Positions 62,001 to 64,000 of a DNA stretch of 64,000 nt are shown here, one piece after another. Position numbers and translations under genes: made by a program. The stretch lies in the NCBI RefSeq assembly GCF_964355755.1, contig NC_092672.1:30200437-30264436 (forward strand), given 5' to 3'. Numbering within the stretch: the first letter of the stretch is position 1; each line of letters begins with the position of its first letter. Source of the stretch: Antedon mediterranea (lineage: Eukaryota; Animalia; Echinodermata). The notes beneath the pieces were generated by a model. It ran no database searches and was not told where the DNA came from. It saw nothing but the letters and a program-made list of their open reading frames with translations.

Positions 62001-64000
62001 ATTTACAGTAGTTCTCAAGTGTTATCTAGGGCGTAAAGCTCATTATCTTGTTTTGTGTTATCATTAGATTTGAATAGAGCTATTTTGACTTGGTTCATTG
62101 AGATAATTCTTTTATTGTTAATGATACAATTAGCATTCTTGAAGAACTGTACAACAGGCCTACAAGCAAACCCTTGTGTCTACTGTACAGATCTCTCTTT
62201 TGATTAATTAAACAGTTTTGACTGCAAAAAATGTTACTGACTAAATGAGCTATACAGTTCAGTACATGTTCTATTCTAATAACAGTAAAAAAATAAATAT
62301 TGAATTTTTGTTTTCTTTAATTATATTTATAGCCTTTATAGGTAAAAAATAAAAACCTTTTTTTGTTAGAATTTCAGAAAATAAGGATTGATAAAGGCAT
62401 TCAATAATTAAAACAAAATGTAACATTATTTTACACAGTGGCTACTGTACACCATTGAAAATGTTGATTTTTATTTTAAAATTGTTCACACTTTGAGGTA
62501 CTGTATAGTTACAGTACTGTACAACACTTTTGATAAATTTATAATTTTTATTTTATGTTTTACAGTACATTTTTTCCATGCCTTACACTGACAGTAGTTG
62601 GTACTTTATATCCAGAATAGAATTAATGATTTTTATTGACTGTTCCTAGTTTACAAGTAGTTGTTTTGAGATTTGTTTTGGTTTGAAAATCATGAAAAAC
62701 AAGTCCCTTTTTTATTCTTCATACTGTAAGCATCATTATATCAATTCTGTTAAGGTCAAAACTCCTTTACACTTGACATCAACAGCAGGCTATTAGTAAT
62801 TTGATTTTATCAAATGCCAGCCAATGGTTAATATTTAATCACCTGTACTATTAACCAACATATTGTATAACCTTCAGTTGACTATAGTATACAGACTAAA
62901 CTTTATTGATGAATTTGGCAACTACAGTACAGTCAGTCATTGACTAGTCTGAATCTGATCACATGACCATAACTAGGTCATGAGGGAATCCCTGGCTAAT
63001 TTGCATACGAATGAAGCTTTCTGTTTGGTTTACCCCATTCAAACATAAACAGGACCAACTGTGACTGTGTAGGCTTGTGTTTGTCGATCAGTTTAAATCA
63101 GGATTTTCCTAGGCTTAGCCTTAGGCTTCATGGATTCCTATAAATTAACCAGTAAGGTGGTGGATGATGTGCTTTCGGATGTGTACCCGTCTGCGGTAAG
63201 TTTTTAAAATTATAGTCTGAACAGTTAACATTTCTGACACCTGGATTGTTTTGTAAAGATTCTTACTAACTATAACTAAAGTATTGTATAAATTGTTTAT
63301 ATTATTTAGTGTATCTTTTTTGTTTTCATTTTTTCTCAATATAATAGAATATTTAGTTCTTTAAACTTGGGTCAATATTATGAAAATTTCATTTACTTGT
63401 TATTAACAAAAGGACAGTGTTGATAACAGTTGGATGAAGTTCCAATTTATTCTGAAATTTGAGACAGTTTGTCAACAACATTAAACTATGCAATGCAATC
63501 GCTTTGCTAATTGATTTTCTTAATAATTAACAGAGTAATAATTTATAATTGATCTGGATTTGCATATTTAAACTTACTTTTAGTCTGTTACAGTATGTAC
63601 AGTACAGTACTGTGTGTATGTACAGTATCCACCACAGTCTGATGAGGAAGCATACAGTAGATCATCCATTCATTCCATACATATTGTAGGCTACTTTTAT
63701 CACCTTTATCCCTATCACTACTTTTGATATTTTAAATATAATGGTACTCAATAAATTTATTCAAAATTACTAATTATTATTTTTTTTTGGTGTACAGTAA
63801 AATATTTTGCCATGATTTTATTTCAAATTGCAGATGGTGTAAATAAGCAAATATTTGAATAATCAGTTCTGACTTGGCGCGAGAATTTTTCTCTTCAATG
63901 ATTATAATTTTGCTTTTATTAATATGTACTTAATTAAACGTGAGGTGCATATTAAATACATAATTACTCAACTCTTTATTCTAAACACAAAAGACCCTTC

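Overview
AT-rich eukaryotic (animal) genomic DNA with GT-AG introns; the gene set and the TAGGCCTA-rich composition suggest an invertebrate deuterostome such as an echinoderm (inference, not verified). Genes read from the sequence: an NXPE-family protein (+, ~6084-10713); an intronless class I SAM-methyltransferase-like ORF with a basic C-terminal tail (-, 18694-19683) and its disrupted tandem duplicate (-, ~12870-13103); a single-coding-exon BTB-BACK-Kelch protein most like KLHL14 (+, 29588-31480); WFDC1/ps20 (+, 5 exons, 38583-45779); PEX2 (-, 7 exons, 46751-51469); and the 5' end of rootletin/CROCC (+), with two candidate alternative first exons. The rest is dense in mobile DNA: a ~3.1 kb nested foldback palindrome with flip/flop hairpins carrying a MULE-like insertion, three-deep nested TIR elements, TTAA (Kolobok-like) elements, Helentron-like elements, ~14 copies of one Harbinger-like MITE, LINE relics and minisatellites. 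The best candidates for unexplained biology are the orphan methyltransferase pair and the flip/flop palindrome array. All homology calls come from recognised motifs and remembered sequences; no database search was run.
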